Shown here: positions 1 to 10,213 of the stretch, one piece after another
How positions within the stretch are numbered: the first letter of the stretch is position 1
Layout: each line of letters starts with the position of its first letter
Virus record (IMG/VR): IMGVR_UViG_3300004369_000002
Coordinates: 32,001-96,000 of that record
Length of the DNA: 64,000 nucleotides
Source: a virus
Direction: 5' to 3' (one strand)
Translations under genes and position numbers: made by a program
Notes under the pieces: model-generated
The model's database searches: none
What the model was told of the DNA's origin: nothing
What the model saw: only the letters and a program-made list of their open reading frames with translations

Positions 1-109
1 CGTGGGGCTGCTGGCGCTATTCGACCCGGAGAAGATCGCAACTAAAGTCAATCCGCAAAAGATCTTTTGCTATAGTCGGCGCTGGTAATAGTTCTGGCGT
101 CGGAGATCA

Positions 110-1183
110 ATGCGTAATATCAAGATTGGCTATGCGTCGACCGACTGGTCGCGAACCATGATGACTCAAGATGGGCCGGTCCCTGGGGGTTCAAACTGGG
201 TCCGCTTACAGCAGAGTCGTCCACATATCGGCTACGACAGTGTCACTGGGTTATTGGTTTTCCACAAAGATCGTGGATTTGGGATTTTGGATTGGCAGGA
301 AAGGCCCCACTACAACTGCAATGTGATAGTTGTACAGCGCCTCATGTTCAAAGATCTCGCTGAAAAAATCGACGTCAGAAAAAAGTTCAACCAGATAATC
401 ATCAACGACATAGATGACTGGTATTGGGGCTTACACGAAGATAACCACGCCTACAAGTTAACGCACCCCGATTTCAATAAAGACGAAAACATTGATCACT
501 ATAAGCACATTATTCAAAACAGTGATGGGGTGACATCCTCAACCCCATTCCTTTTCGACAAGATGAAGAACGAATTTGGATGCACCAATGTGCATCTCAT
601 TGAGAACCACGTCGAAGTAGACCGATTTAGAACTCGTCCAATCAATCTAAAGAAACCAGTAGTCGGATGGGTTGGATCAACCTCACATCGATCCGGCGAC
701 CTGGAAACAATCGCCCCCGTTCTTCAAAACAAGAAATTTCGTCTACACCACTCAGGGCACGTAAATGGGGCGGCCTGGTTCGCCGACAAAATAGGTGTAT
801 CGCGAGACAAAGTGACCAAATCTCCGATGTATGACCCGAGAGACTACGCTCGCCTTTCGTTTTGTTTTGATATCGGCATCGCCCCACTGAACGACATTCC
901 CTTCAACCACGCCAAATCGTGGATCAAAGCCATTGAATACGCCTCAGCAGGGGTTCCTTTCGTTGCGACCAATATTGGAGAGTACCGTCGACTGTATGAG
1001 CAGTACGGGATTGGACGAGTGGCGTCAACACAGGAGGAATGGACCACCCACCTGGAAGAGTTGTGCGACATTCCCCTTCGGGGCAAAGAGGCCAGAGAGC
1101 AGCGGGAACGTGTCAAGGAAGTCCTTGACGTTCGCCTGATGGGCCAAAAATGGCGGTCCATCTTCGACGAGTACCTGCGATAG
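110..1183 (+). CDS. GT-B fold glycosyltransferase (GT4-like)
   Basis: VGWVGSTSH, DIGIAPL..IPFNHAKSWIKAIEYASAGVPFVA motifs typical of GT4-like enzymes. Confidence 0.85.
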   Translation: MRNIKIGYASTDWSRTMMTQDGPVPGGSNWVRLQQSRPHIGYDSVTGLLVFHKDRGFGILDWQERPHYNCNVIVVQRLMFKDLAEKIDVRKKFNQIIINDIDDWYWGLHEDNHAYKLTHPDFNKDENIDHYKHIIQNSDGVTSSTPFLFDKMKNEFGCTNVHLIENHVEVDRFRTRPINLKKPVVGWVGSTSHRSGDLETIAPVLQNKKFRLHHSGHVNGAAWFADKIGVSRDKVTKSPMYDPRDYARLSFCFDIGIAPLNDIPFNHAKSWIKAIEYASAGVPFVATNIGEYRRLYEQYGIGRVASTQEEWTTHLEELCDIPLRGKEAREQRERVKEVLDVRLMGQKWRSIFDEYLR

Positions 1184-1250
1184 GTGGCCAAGGTAAATAA
1201 ACCTGTCCTGTAACATATTGGTTAAGCCGATTTCGTGATAGGACGGAAAG

Positions 1251-1880
1251 ATGCTGGTTACAGAAAAAGAACTTGAACGGTATATGGACATCAAGTTCAG
1301 CAACCGCCAGTTGTATGCGGCGGAGTACGTTTTGACCGGTCTGCAAAGTGAAATGGAATCGTACCTACGTCGTCCTGTAGAAGTGCAGTCTTTCACCGAA
1401 GAATACACAGTCGAAATAAATCACCCTGGTGTGCCGTCGCACTCATACCTAAATAACTATTCGCTGGATACGACACAGCAGATTATTGAGTGGATTCAAC
1501 CCCCGTACACCCTTTATCTGAAAAATTCTCCAGTAGCCAGCGTAGCCAGCATCACGATAACCCGCCCCTTTGTCGGCGCAACCCCAGAAACCATGGTGGA
1601 GGGGACCGACTTCATCGTCAGAAAATTTGGCGTCGACATTTTCCGGGCATTTGCAAACGACACCATCAACATCACTTACACCGCTGGTCTTGATGGAGCC
1701 GAGGTCAAAATGTTCCGACTGATGATCCTTCGTGCCGCTTCACGTGAAATGCAAAATATGCACGATGACGTGGTTGGAATCAAGGATCTAGAGACGCGAA
1801 ACGTTGGCCCGCTTACGACCGGGTTCAGTCCAGAGGAACTGGCTTCCATGAAACGGTGGCGTAGGGTCCGGGTCGCCTGA
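1251..1880 (+). CDS. head-tail connector/neck protein
   Basis: MESYLRRPV...ITYTAG...MILRAASRE pattern; position upstream of tail genes. Confidence 0.65.
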   Translation: MLVTEKELERYMDIKFSNRQLYAAEYVLTGLQSEMESYLRRPVEVQSFTEEYTVEINHPGVPSHSYLNNYSLDTTQQIIEWIQPPYTLYLKNSPVASVASITITRPFVGATPETMVEGTDFIVRKFGVDIFRAFANDTINITYTAGLDGAEVKMFRLMILRAASREMQNMHDDVVGIKDLETRNVGPLTTGFSPEELASMKRWRRVRVA

Positions 1881-2320
1881 TGGCCAGAGTTGTCAGAGTT
1901 CGGGTTAGTTGCGACGCGTCTCGGGCTATTGCCCGCCTAGAGGCAATGCAACAGCGGGCCAGAGACTTCACTCCTCTCTTTGTGTACGCCAAGGAGCAGT
2001 TGAGGCTGGCGAACGCTGAAAACTTTTCTACAGGAGGATTGCCAGTTGGCGGCTGGAGACCGCGAGATTCGGAAGAAGATTATCGATGGCCAATCCTGGA
2101 TAAGGGCGGAAAACTCAAGAGGAGCCTCATCGGCTTGTCGGGTGCTCCCAATGTGATTACTCCCAAATACGCAGAATTTGGAACTGACGTTGAGTATGCG
2201 GTGTATCACCAGTACGGAACCCGATATATGCCAGCAAGAAAGATCGTCTACGATCCGCGAGGTTTTTCGGAGGATTTGGCAAACAAGGCTGCGTCATGGG
2301 TAGCCCGAGGAGTGATCTGA
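1880..2320 (+). CDS. phage virion morphogenesis protein (Mu gpG-like)
   Basis: FGTDVEYAVYHQYGTRYMPARKI motif; TGATG coupling with upstream gene. Confidence 0.8.
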   Translation: MARVVRVRVSCDASRAIARLEAMQQRARDFTPLFVYAKEQLRLANAENFSTGGLPVGGWRPRDSEEDYRWPILDKGGKLKRSLIGLSGAPNVITPKYAEFGTDVEYAVYHQYGTRYMPARKIVYDPRGFSEDLANKAASWVARGVI

Positions 2321-2321
2321 C

Positions 2322-2918
2322 ATGACAATGCAGGGAGCCTGGAAAGCCAAAAACTTCGTCAATGACTATTTGATGGCTGACATCCCCAAGCGGCTGTTGA
2401 CATATCGAAATGAGTGGAATCTGGATGACGAGAACATGCCAGAACCTCTCAAGTATTTGATGCACGAGCCGATTGCCTTGGATCATTGGCCCACGATTAT
2501 TACTGTTGTCATTTCCATGACGGGCCTGGAAAGGGACGATTACACAGGGCTTATGGACCCCATGTACTTCGTGAACTATTCGATGAGAACTTACGTGTGG
2601 GTCAAAGACGACAGTTCCGAGGAGTGCACCGCCAAGCGGGATCGGTTAACCACTGTTTTACGTTCGTCGATACTTGATTCTCCCTGTTTGAAGATCTTTG
2701 GTCAGCAGGACAATCTGGAAGTCCTCATCGACGAGTCAACACTCCGAGAAGAATACTCGGACCTGACATTGATCAAGGGTGAACGAGTCATGGCTGGCGC
2801 GTACCTCTCCTACAACCTCCGAATCAACGAGGTAGTACGAACCACCCCAATTGGAACAGCCACCAGTTACAACACAGAAGTCAACCCACTGGAACCACTA
2901 TTAAGAGATTTACCCTAG
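2322..2918 (+). CDS. putative tail completion/terminator protein
   Basis: synteny between neck genes and sheath. Confidence 0.5.
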   Translation: MTMQGAWKAKNFVNDYLMADIPKRLLTYRNEWNLDDENMPEPLKYLMHEPIALDHWPTIITVVISMTGLERDDYTGLMDPMYFVNYSMRTYVWVKDDSSEECTAKRDRLTTVLRSSILDSPCLKIFGQQDNLEVLIDESTLREEYSDLTLIKGERVMAGAYLSYNLRINEVVRTTPIGTATSYNTEVNPLEPLLRDLP

Positions 2919-2970
2919 TAAGTTCCACTACAGCGACGTCAAATGAGACAAAATAACAAAGGTGAGTACG

Positions 2971-3004
2971 TGTTCCGAATCAGCGGAACAACATTCGGTA
3001 TAAT
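2971..3004 (+). promoter_or_regulatory. putative sheath-operon promoter with operator-like inverted repeat
   Basis: TGTTCCG-N6-CGGAACA (2971-2990) followed by TATAAT (2999-3004); GGAGG RBS before 3051. Confidence 0.45.
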
Positions 3005-3050
3005 TCGATAGTCCCCAGAAACAGAACATCTTGGGAGCGGAGGAACTTAA

Positions 3051-4499
3051 ATGCCTGGCATTGTAGTAAATACCTCGGTCCGCACAGGGCCGTCAACCAC
3101 GAACCAGTCTCCCACAGCAACATTCTTTGTTGTCGGACAGACACAGCGCGGACCGGCAGGCTCGCCCAAGTTGGTGACAAGCATCGCAGACTACGAAAGC
3201 GTCTTCGGTGACTACGTCTCCTACGGAGCCGTACACCAGCAGGTCCAGACCTTCTTCGAAGAAGGCGGTGCCCAGGTTTATGTTTCCCGAGTGATTGGCG
3301 CAAGCGCTACCGCTGGAACCATTGAACTGGTCGACACGAACGGTGACCCCTCCATCACCCTCACCGCTGTCGGCGCAGGCGACTGGTCAGGAAACCTGAA
3401 GGCATCTGTCGAAACCTCGGGAACCGGCTTTGCCATCAAGTACTTCCTGTCAGATGAACTCGTGTACAGCACGGGCGAAGTCGCTTCGGCTGCTGCGGCA
3501 GTCACTCGCATCAACTCCTCCTCCATCGCAACAAAGTACGCGACGGCAGTTGATGAAGAGAACCTCGCTCCCGTGTTGCTTGCCGCCACCGCATTTTCCG
3601 CTGGCGACGACAACCGAGGAACGATCGGATCTTCCACTTACACCGACGCCCTGTCGTCCTTCGGAACGGACTTGGGCCCAGGTGCTGTCGCCATTCCAGG
3701 ACAGAACGGTTCAACCGTCTGGAATGCGATGCTCTCGCACTGTGCCGGAACAAATCGTGTGGCACTCATGGCCTTCCCGCAGGTTTACTCTGCCGCAGAG
3801 GCCGCCGCAGACGCAGCAGGAATGAGTGCAGAGGCGAACGCCGAGTACGGCTCAATGCTCTTCCCCTGGGTGACAATGGTGAACGATGCGGGAGCAACGC
3901 TCACGATTTCGCCCGAGGGTTTCGCTGCAGCCAAGCGGTCAATCGCTCACAACACGATCGGACCCTGGCAGCCTTACGCTGGCAAGATCTCGGAGTCGGC
4001 CTTCATCACCGGAACCAGCGTTGCGGTTGACAAGGTTGCAGGTGATTACCTGGATGAGAACCGAGTCAACGCTATCCGCATCATTTCGGGCAAGGTTCGA
4101 ATCTACGGTGCACGTTCCGTGTCGAATGACGAGGACAACTACCGATTCAACATTGCTCGCGAGATGCTCAACTATGTCGTGTCTCGTTCGCAGACAGCGT
4201 TGGAGGATCTTGTGTTCTCGCCGATCGATGGCCGAGCCTCACTGTTCTCCAAGGTGGAGGCCCGTCTCGTGGCGATGCTGGAGCCGATCCGTATCGCTGG
4301 CGGCCTGTACGAGGCCTTCGATTCGACGGGCAAGCGAATTGACAATGGGTATTCAGTGCAGGTGACCGACGCAATCAACCCGCTCAGCCAGTTGGCTGGA
4401 GGTTTGGTTCGTGCGAAGGTCGGCATCCGAGTTTCCAGCGTCGGTGATCAGATCCAGGTCGATGTGACCAAGTCCAACCTCACGGCGTCAGTCGTCTGA
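3051..4499 (+). CDS. contractile tail sheath protein
   Basis: MPGIVV...FVVGQTQRGP N-terminus; VNAIR...RIYGARSVS..YRF C-terminal sheath motifs. Confidence 0.92.
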   Translation: MPGIVVNTSVRTGPSTTNQSPTATFFVVGQTQRGPAGSPKLVTSIADYESVFGDYVSYGAVHQQVQTFFEEGGAQVYVSRVIGASATAGTIELVDTNGDPSITLTAVGAGDWSGNLKASVETSGTGFAIKYFLSDELVYSTGEVASAAAAVTRINSSSIATKYATAVDEENLAPVLLAATAFSAGDDNRGTIGSSTYTDALSSFGTDLGPGAVAIPGQNGSTVWNAMLSHCAGTNRVALMAFPQVYSAAEAAADAAGMSAEANAEYGSMLFPWVTMVNDAGATLTISPEGFAAAKRSIAHNTIGPWQPYAGKISESAFITGTSVAVDKVAGDYLDENRVNAIRIISGKVRIYGARSVSNDEDNYRFNIAREMLNYVVSRSQTALEDLVFSPIDGRASLFSKVEARLVAMLEPIRIAGGLYEAFDSTGKRIDNGYSVQVTDAINPLSQLAGGLVRAKVGIRVSSVGDQIQVDVTKSNLTASVV

Positions 4500-4512
4500 T
4501 TAGGAGCCAGAT

Positions 4513-4965
4513 ATGAAACTAGCACAGCGCCAAATTGTCGCTTCGATCAACCCGTCGCAGGACGGCAACACTGAGGTTCCGCCTCCGGTGGGGTCTGATG
4601 GCGGTCTGGTTTACTTTGCTCAGGTGAGTGGTGGTGAAATCACTGCTTCGGTTGAGAAGATTTACATCGGCGGCAAGTTGTTCCCCGAGGTTCTTTGCGC
4701 TCCTTCGGAGATTGGTGACATCACTTTGACTCGTCACTATTCTCGTGATGTTGATGGGACGTTCTTGTCGTCTATTCGCAAGATGGTTGGTCGTGCCTAT
4801 TACGACATTCTGATTGAAGAATTGAACTGCGAGGTCAAGAACCCCCAGGGCAGCCGCAACTACCCGATGTGTTTGCTCGTTGGGTTGACGGAGCCTGAGG
4901 GTGACGCAGCGTCAGGTGCACCTGCCACCTACTCGCTGACCTTCAGCGTTTCCTCCATCGCCTGA
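4513..4965 (+). CDS. tail tube protein
   Basis: 150 aa directly after sheath; FAQVSGGE...DITLTR pattern. Confidence 0.8.
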   Translation: MKLAQRQIVASINPSQDGNTEVPPPVGSDGGLVYFAQVSGGEITASVEKIYIGGKLFPEVLCAPSEIGDITLTRHYSRDVDGTFLSSIRKMVGRAYYDILIEELNCEVKNPQGSRNYPMCLLVGLTEPEGDAASGAPATYSLTFSVSSIA

Positions 4966-4987
4966 ACCATCAAAATCTAAGAACTTT

Positions 4988-5022
4988 CGACAAAGGGAGT
5001 GCCACTGGCGCTCCCTTTGTCG
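4988..5022 (+). terminator. long hairpin/terminator after tube gene
   Basis: CGACAAAGGGAGTGCC-ACT-GGCGCTCCCTTTGTCG, 16-bp stem with one G.U pair. Confidence 0.7.
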
Positions 5023-5038
5023 TGCTATGGTTCCCAGC

Positions 5039-5560
5039 ATGGCAGAAGAACTGTACGAAATTGTCGGTGACGAACCCACGAAGAAGGCGTCACCGAAAAA
5101 CCTTGTATCGTCCACACCTACAGTGTTGGAGCAACTGAAGGAAGCACTCAGCAAGAAAGTGGAACGCCCCAGCGTTTATCTGGAAGTCCCAGAACGCCCG
5201 GGAATAACACTTGAAGTGTCTCCCAACATCACACAGAACCAAATCCGCGCATGGCGTAAAAATGCTGGTGAAGACACCAAAAATGGTATGGACGCAACAA
5301 AGTTCGCTTGCGCCGTTATCGGACACACCACAATCGGCATTTTCCTCAATAGTGAACAGGCTGTTGACGACGACGGCATTCCGTTGACATTTGGTTCGGA
5401 TCTGATCCTTCAGATGACCAGCACCACTCGCCCCATCCCCGATTGCGTGCGAGCATTTTTCGGTATCGACCCCCACGTAGAGGCTGCCGCGCTGGCAATC
5501 CTGGAGGCGGCAGGGTATTCAGACTCTGTTGATACCGTGGACCCTACCAAGACGTCCTAG
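5039..5560 (+). CDS. tail assembly chaperone (gpG-like)
   Basis: lies between tube and tape measure; ends ...VDPTKTS; start at 5039 chosen from the -10 spacing. Confidence 0.75.
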   Translation: MAEELYEIVGDEPTKKASPKNLVSSTPTVLEQLKEALSKKVERPSVYLEVPERPGITLEVSPNITQNQIRAWRKNAGEDTKNGMDATKFACAVIGHTTIGIFLNSEQAVDDDGIPLTFGSDLILQMTSTTRPIPDCVRAFFGIDPHVEAAALAILEAAGYSDSVDTVDPTKTS

Positions 5561-5739
5561 ACGTTCTCGTCCAGGACCCGCGGGTACAGTCCGCAGCACG
5601 ACTAGGTGAACTATGGGGCACAGACCCCATTAGGCTTCTTGACTGTAGCGATGAAGAATGGCTGATCAGGTATGCCTGTGCTAAAGTTATTGAAGCAGAT
5701 CGTGCAGAGCAGGAGCGTAAATCGGCCCAAAATCGTTAG
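5533..5739 (+). CDS. frameshifted tail chaperone extension (gpT-like, -1 frame)
   Basis: 68-codon open frame with no start codon (GPYQDVLDVLVQDPRVQSAARLGELWGTDP...NR*) overlapping the end of the chaperone gene. Confidence 0.7.
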   Translation, partial: YRGPYQDVLDVLVQDPRVQSAARLGELWGTDPIRLLDCSDEEWLIRYACAKVIEADRAEQERKSAQNR

Positions 5740-5772
5740 CGGGCTATTTATTTGTTTCCGTGGAGTCCGTAG

Positions 5773-8700
5773 ATGGCAGAACGAGAAAAAGTCACAATAC
5801 GGATCGACGTCGACGCCGATACGGCGGCAATTGACAGGCTTCAAAAGCGCCTGAAAGAACTTTGCCGTCAGGCTGATCGTTGCAACGAAACGTTCAGCAA
5901 ACTGGGCAGAACGTTCGAAGACAATGAAAAAGAAGTCAACAAAAGCACCAAGTCCAACGATAAAAATCGAAAATCTCTTAGCGCATTAGCCAGGGCTGGC
6001 GACAAGGTTTCCGACGTCTTTGGGAAAACATTCAAGTTGGCTCTCAAAGGCACGGCAATCGCAACAGCCGCGCTAGCAGCAGCACTATCGTCAGTAAACC
6101 TACTGTTGAAAACAGGTCAGGTTTTGACGCGTGCCTGGAATGCATCGGTGCGTGGATTAGGAGTCGCAGCAGCCAACGCTGCGGCAGGTGTCGCCGCCCT
6201 TGCTGCGGTATTTACCCAGGCTATGCGCCAGTTTGCGGCGGCACAAAGCAGCGCAAACTATAAGGGCAGTTTTGCTGGGGCATCACAGGGTCTCCGGACA
6301 ATGCAAACCGATGTCGAATTGGCCGTATTCGGAGTTCAAAGCCTGACCTCAGCATTTGCCGCTGCATCTAGAAACTCGCCAGTTACATCCGGAACAGTCA
6401 AAAGTCTTCGGGGTTTGGCTGACTTCGCTATCGCTTCTGGCGACATGGAAAAGGGTCTGACGGCTGCAGCGAATTTGGTGTCGTTGCTTCAAAGTGGGAA
6501 GGCAGCCGGTGGTCAAGATGTGTTGGCCGCAGCCGCTGAACTTGGGCCACAGTTCGAAAAAGCCTATAAAACTGCGCTCAAGGGTGGCAAGGCAACTAAC
6601 GCTGAACTTTTAAAAATGTTTTCTTCTGGTGCGTTGGCTCAGCAGGCTGGTGTTGCTGGCACGGCAGGAAATGTTCGTGGGACTTTGCTGGGCCAGTTGA
6701 AGATGTTTGCCACCGAATTTCAAACAATCTTCGCTGACATTGGACAAAACTTTATTGAGCCTGTTCAGAGGGCGTTCAACGAAATTCGTCGTATTTTTCT
6801 TCGTACTGTTGTAGCGATTTCCGGGAATCTCGGCCAGTTCGCTCGTGGCCCATTCGTTGATACGCTCGTCAAAGTTGTAGACAAACTTGGCACGTTGACA
6901 GCGACACTATTCAACGTTTACCTTCCAAAGACAGGGGAGGTCGTCAACAATTTCGTCAACAAGTGGAATAGTTTTACCGGAGCAATAGATAAGGCGTTCA
7001 CAAAATTTGGTCGCTTCCTCAACCGGTTCTCGGACGCATCAAAGGTTCTCAACACATTTTTCGGTTCCATCCTACGAGCAATCGGTGGGGAAATTGGAAC
7101 AGGGTTCGAAAACTTCGCTGATCTCATCGTCAAAAACCAAGACGATTTCCTCAAATTCGGTGACTCACTCGGGAAATTAATCAAACAGATTGGTCGCCTT
7201 TTTTCCGAAATTCGCGACGCGTTCTTTCAGGCTCTCCCGGCAATCACCAACATTGTTAACGCGATCACACAGTTGGTTGGCGCGTTAGCAAGCCTCGTTA
7301 ATATTCTCGGTCCGCTTGGAGTTATCGCATTGCCACTGCTCGCAATGGGAATGAGCAGCAAAGGTCGTGGCCGCCTAGGAGCGGCAGGCCGATTTGTGGG
7401 AACACCTGGTGGAGGTGCTGTTACTGCAGCGATGGCCGCCCAATTGATTCCTGGTCTTGGTGGCGATCTCTTGACGGCAGGGATTCTGGGTGGCTTTGGA
7501 GGCGCAAAAATAGCGGGCAAAATGGGAGGCGCCTACGCAGGACTTCTGGGAGCGGGAGCAGGAGTTGTGGGGGGAGCAGGCGTTGTCGCATCTAACTACA
7601 CATCCCAATGGGCAGAAAACGCTTTCGGGAACACCGCTGCAACAACAGGCGTTGGTGCAGGAACCGGAGCCGCATTTGGCGCAGCCGCTGGAACAATGAT
7701 CCTTCCTGGAGTTGGCACGGCAATCGGAGCCGTTTTGGGAACAATTATCGGAGGAGTTATCGGCTGGATGAATTCTGGCAAAGCCAAAAAAGCGGCACGG
7801 CAGGGAGGCGAACGATTCGCAGAAGGCTACGCCGACAACATCACACTTGCACTACAACACGGCGCTATTCGTGAAGCCGAAACTATGAGCATGCGCTTTG
7901 ATACAAACCTGCAAAAAGCAACAGACGGCATGAACCGTGCAGGAGAAGCACGCAAAAAAGCCGACGAAGTATTCGGCAAACGAATGGAAGACATTCAACC
8001 AGTAATCGATCAATTCAACCGCAACCTTGATGACCTAACCAGAATCACCGGCAGAACCGAAGAGGAAATCATTGCTCTCGCACAATCAGCAGAAGTAGAT
8101 CTTGGATCAAACCTACTTGACTTGCAAGAGATCATGCAGAAAACCGGCCTAGCAGTCGGAAAGTTCGGTGAAGATTTCAACGCAGCAATCAACAATGTGA
8201 TCGGTGAAGCCGCATCATCTATTTACCGAACATTCGAAATTCTGGACGCTCCACGCGTCATGGATCAAGCAGCGATCGCACTTCAAGAGGCAATAGCAAG
8301 TGGCGCCGGACTAACAGATCAAGACAGAAGCCAATTCCTACAAACGCTTTTCACCCAAGCCCAACTTGTAACAGGCGGCGACCCTCTAGAAACAATCCGG
8401 TACCTACGCGAAAATATCGGAACACTAGACGCACCTGGCATTCAGTTCACCACTCCAGGTTCTCGTCTCTACGGGCTACAAGGCGACTTGCTCGGTGGTG
8501 GAGGCGCCCAAATGATGGGTGCCGCCTATGGCACTATCGGAACCGGATTGCGTGACGTTATCCGAGGAAACATCATCAGTGAAGTTGGGCGTGCTGGCGC
8601 GACAATCGATGTTGCGCAACTAGATGCGGCGTTGGCTGGAATCACAGATCTTGCTGAATTGGAACGGATCGGTGAAGCAGTTCGGCAGTCAGGTTTCATC

Positions 8701-9489
8701 ACAAACGCAACATTGAACCTGGGTCGTGGCCGTACAGCCAACATGGAAGGGACTGCAGGAAGGGACCTGGAAGAAATTCTTGGTACTGATGCTGGGCTTC
8801 GTAGAAGCGAAAACCAGGAATTTTTAGCCGAATACGGTAATGAGACCGAGCGAATGATCGCTGGCTTTGGCACTGCACTTGACCCGCTGGAACAAGGGAT
8901 GGCCACATTCAATAACAATATCAACTTGTTGATTGCTGCAGTCGGCGGCAACCCGAGCGGTTCTTCATCTAGCGCGACGACAACCAGCACATCGACGGCT
9001 AGGAACACTAGGACTGGACGGGGGCAAACAGATGGCGATACATCATCGCCCCGATGGAATATCTTGCAGACACTTGGCAAACACTCGTCATTTGATATGG
9101 GTATCGCCGGAACGCGACAGATTTCATCTGGGCTGCGTAACTACAATCTTGGCTCCTTGTCCTCCGATCATGCCATGGGACGCGCCTATGACCTGACCGG
9201 ACAAAACCTTGGCGCATACCAGTCAGCAGTGCGGGCAGCAGGAGGCCTGGCCGAGTTCCATGGCCGAGGTGGAAGCCGTCATCTACACGTTGTTCCTGGC
9301 GCTGGCCCGGTCGGTGACAGTGCGACGCCATACATGGGAGCGCCCTCGGGAGGCGGATCGATCACAACCAACGATTCATACAGCATTGTTGTGAATGCGA
9401 CGCCAGGCATGGATGTCAAGCAGTTGGCAGATGAGGTCATGAGCCGCCTGGAACGCAAGCAGCGCGACATGTACGAGAGGCGGCAGTAA
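5773..9489 (+). CDS. tape measure protein with C-terminal Zn-peptidase-like domain
   Basis: 1238 aa, Ala/Gly-rich, with hydrophobic central segments; C-terminal SDHAMGRAYD...HLHV. Confidence 0.9.
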   Translation: MAEREKVTIRIDVDADTAAIDRLQKRLKELCRQADRCNETFSKLGRTFEDNEKEVNKSTKSNDKNRKSLSALARAGDKVSDVFGKTFKLALKGTAIATAALAAALSSVNLLLKTGQVLTRAWNASVRGLGVAAANAAAGVAALAAVFTQAMRQFAAAQSSANYKGSFAGASQGLRTMQTDVELAVFGVQSLTSAFAAASRNSPVTSGTVKSLRGLADFAIASGDMEKGLTAAANLVSLLQSGKAAGGQDVLAAAAELGPQFEKAYKTALKGGKATNAELLKMFSSGALAQQAGVAGTAGNVRGTLLGQLKMFATEFQTIFADIGQNFIEPVQRAFNEIRRIFLRTVVAISGNLGQFARGPFVDTLVKVVDKLGTLTATLFNVYLPKTGEVVNNFVNKWNSFTGAIDKAFTKFGRFLNRFSDASKVLNTFFGSILRAIGGEIGTGFENFADLIVKNQDDFLKFGDSLGKLIKQIGRLFSEIRDAFFQALPAITNIVNAITQLVGALASLVNILGPLGVIALPLLAMGMSSKGRGRLGAAGRFVGTPGGGAVTAAMAAQLIPGLGGDLLTAGILGGFGGAKIAGKMGGAYAGLLGAGAGVVGGAGVVASNYTSQWAENAFGNTAATTGVGAGTGAAFGAAAGTMILPGVGTAIGAVLGTIIGGVIGWMNSGKAKKAARQGGERFAEGYADNITLALQHGAIREAETMSMRFDTNLQKATDGMNRAGEARKKADEVFGKRMEDIQPVIDQFNRNLDDLTRITGRTEEEIIALAQSAEVDLGSNLLDLQEIMQKTGLAVGKFGEDFNAAINNVIGEAASSIYRTFEILDAPRVMDQAAIALQEAIASGAGLTDQDRSQFLQTLFTQAQLVTGGDPLETIRYLRENIGTLDAPGIQFTTPGSRLYGLQGDLLGGGGAQMMGAAYGTIGTGLRDVIRGNIISEVGRAGATIDVAQLDAALAGITDLAELERIGEAVRQSGFITNATLNLGRGRTANMEGTAGRDLEEILGTDAGLRRSENQEFLAEYGNETERMIAGFGTALDPLEQGMATFNNNINLLIAAVGGNPSGSSSSATTTSTSTARNTRTGRGQTDGDTSSPRWNILQTLGKHSSFDMGIAGTRQISSGLRNYNLGSLSSDHAMGRAYDLTGQNLGAYQSAVRAAGGLAEFHGRGGSRHLHVVPGAGPVGDSATPYMGAPSGGGSITTNDSYSIVVNATPGMDVKQLADEVMSRLERKQRDMYERRQ

Positions 9490-10211
9490 TGGCTAGTCAG
9501 TCGTCAGATCTTCGTAAGATTCGTGTTACGCCGCAATTAGCGCGAGTGAGCGCGGGCGTCCCATCTATTCGCACACGCAATAACTCAGTCGCTCAGAAAG
9601 CATTGATCAAGTACCCGCAGATGATCGCTGCAAAAACTCAGGGTACAGAAGAAGAACTGGAGTTCACATTCCCGTTCCCTCCACAGTCTGTTTCGTATCG
9701 CGATTTAGCGCCGGAAATGTCGCAGATCGCGCGCCCTGGACGTACACCAATTGTTGCTTTTAGTCGTTACAAGGCACGCCAGGTGGATCTACAGTTTTTG
9801 GTTGCCGTGCCCACAGATGGTCTTTTTATCGATGTTGAAAACGACGTGCGGCTTTTGCAGTTTATGGCGGCAACCGGTCGTCCAGTTTGGTTTTACAACT
9901 TTGACAAGTTTCTTGGCAACACGTTCTCGGAAATTACAATCGGACAGATCACGTTTTTTTGGACGATCACCGATCTGAACTTCACGTCAATTCGTCGTAA
10001 TTCGGCGCAAAGAATTGTGCAGGCAGAAGTATCGATGAGTATTGTTGAAAATAACAATCCAAAAATTGTGGTTGCGCAGTTGCCGAAGATCACTTACGGG
10101 GAGAATCCTCCCGCTAGATCAAATCGTCCGAGCACCGCTCCGCCAGAGCAGGAGTTTGTGGAGTGGACTGACGTTTGGGAGACGGGCAACTCGCGAGCAG
10201 GATCCCCCTAA
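9489..10211 (+). CDS. baseplate/tube initiator protein
   Basis: follows tape measure; FPFPPQSVSY...RPGRTP...AEVSMSIVE tube-like pattern. Confidence 0.6.
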   Translation: MASQSSDLRKIRVTPQLARVSAGVPSIRTRNNSVAQKALIKYPQMIAAKTQGTEEELEFTFPFPPQSVSYRDLAPEMSQIARPGRTPIVAFSRYKARQVDLQFLVAVPTDGLFIDVENDVRLLQFMAATGRPVWFYNFDKFLGNTFSEITIGQITFFWTITDLNFTSIRRNSAQRIVQAEVSMSIVENNNPKIVVAQLPKITYGENPPARSNRPSTAPPEQEFVEWTDVWETGNSRAGSP

Positions 10212-10213
10212 AA

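Noticed and set aside
5672-5854. 60-aa ORF from the track as the pre-tape-measure gene
   Set aside because: Overlaps the tape measure start; the -1 frame 5533-5739 fits the chaperone locus better
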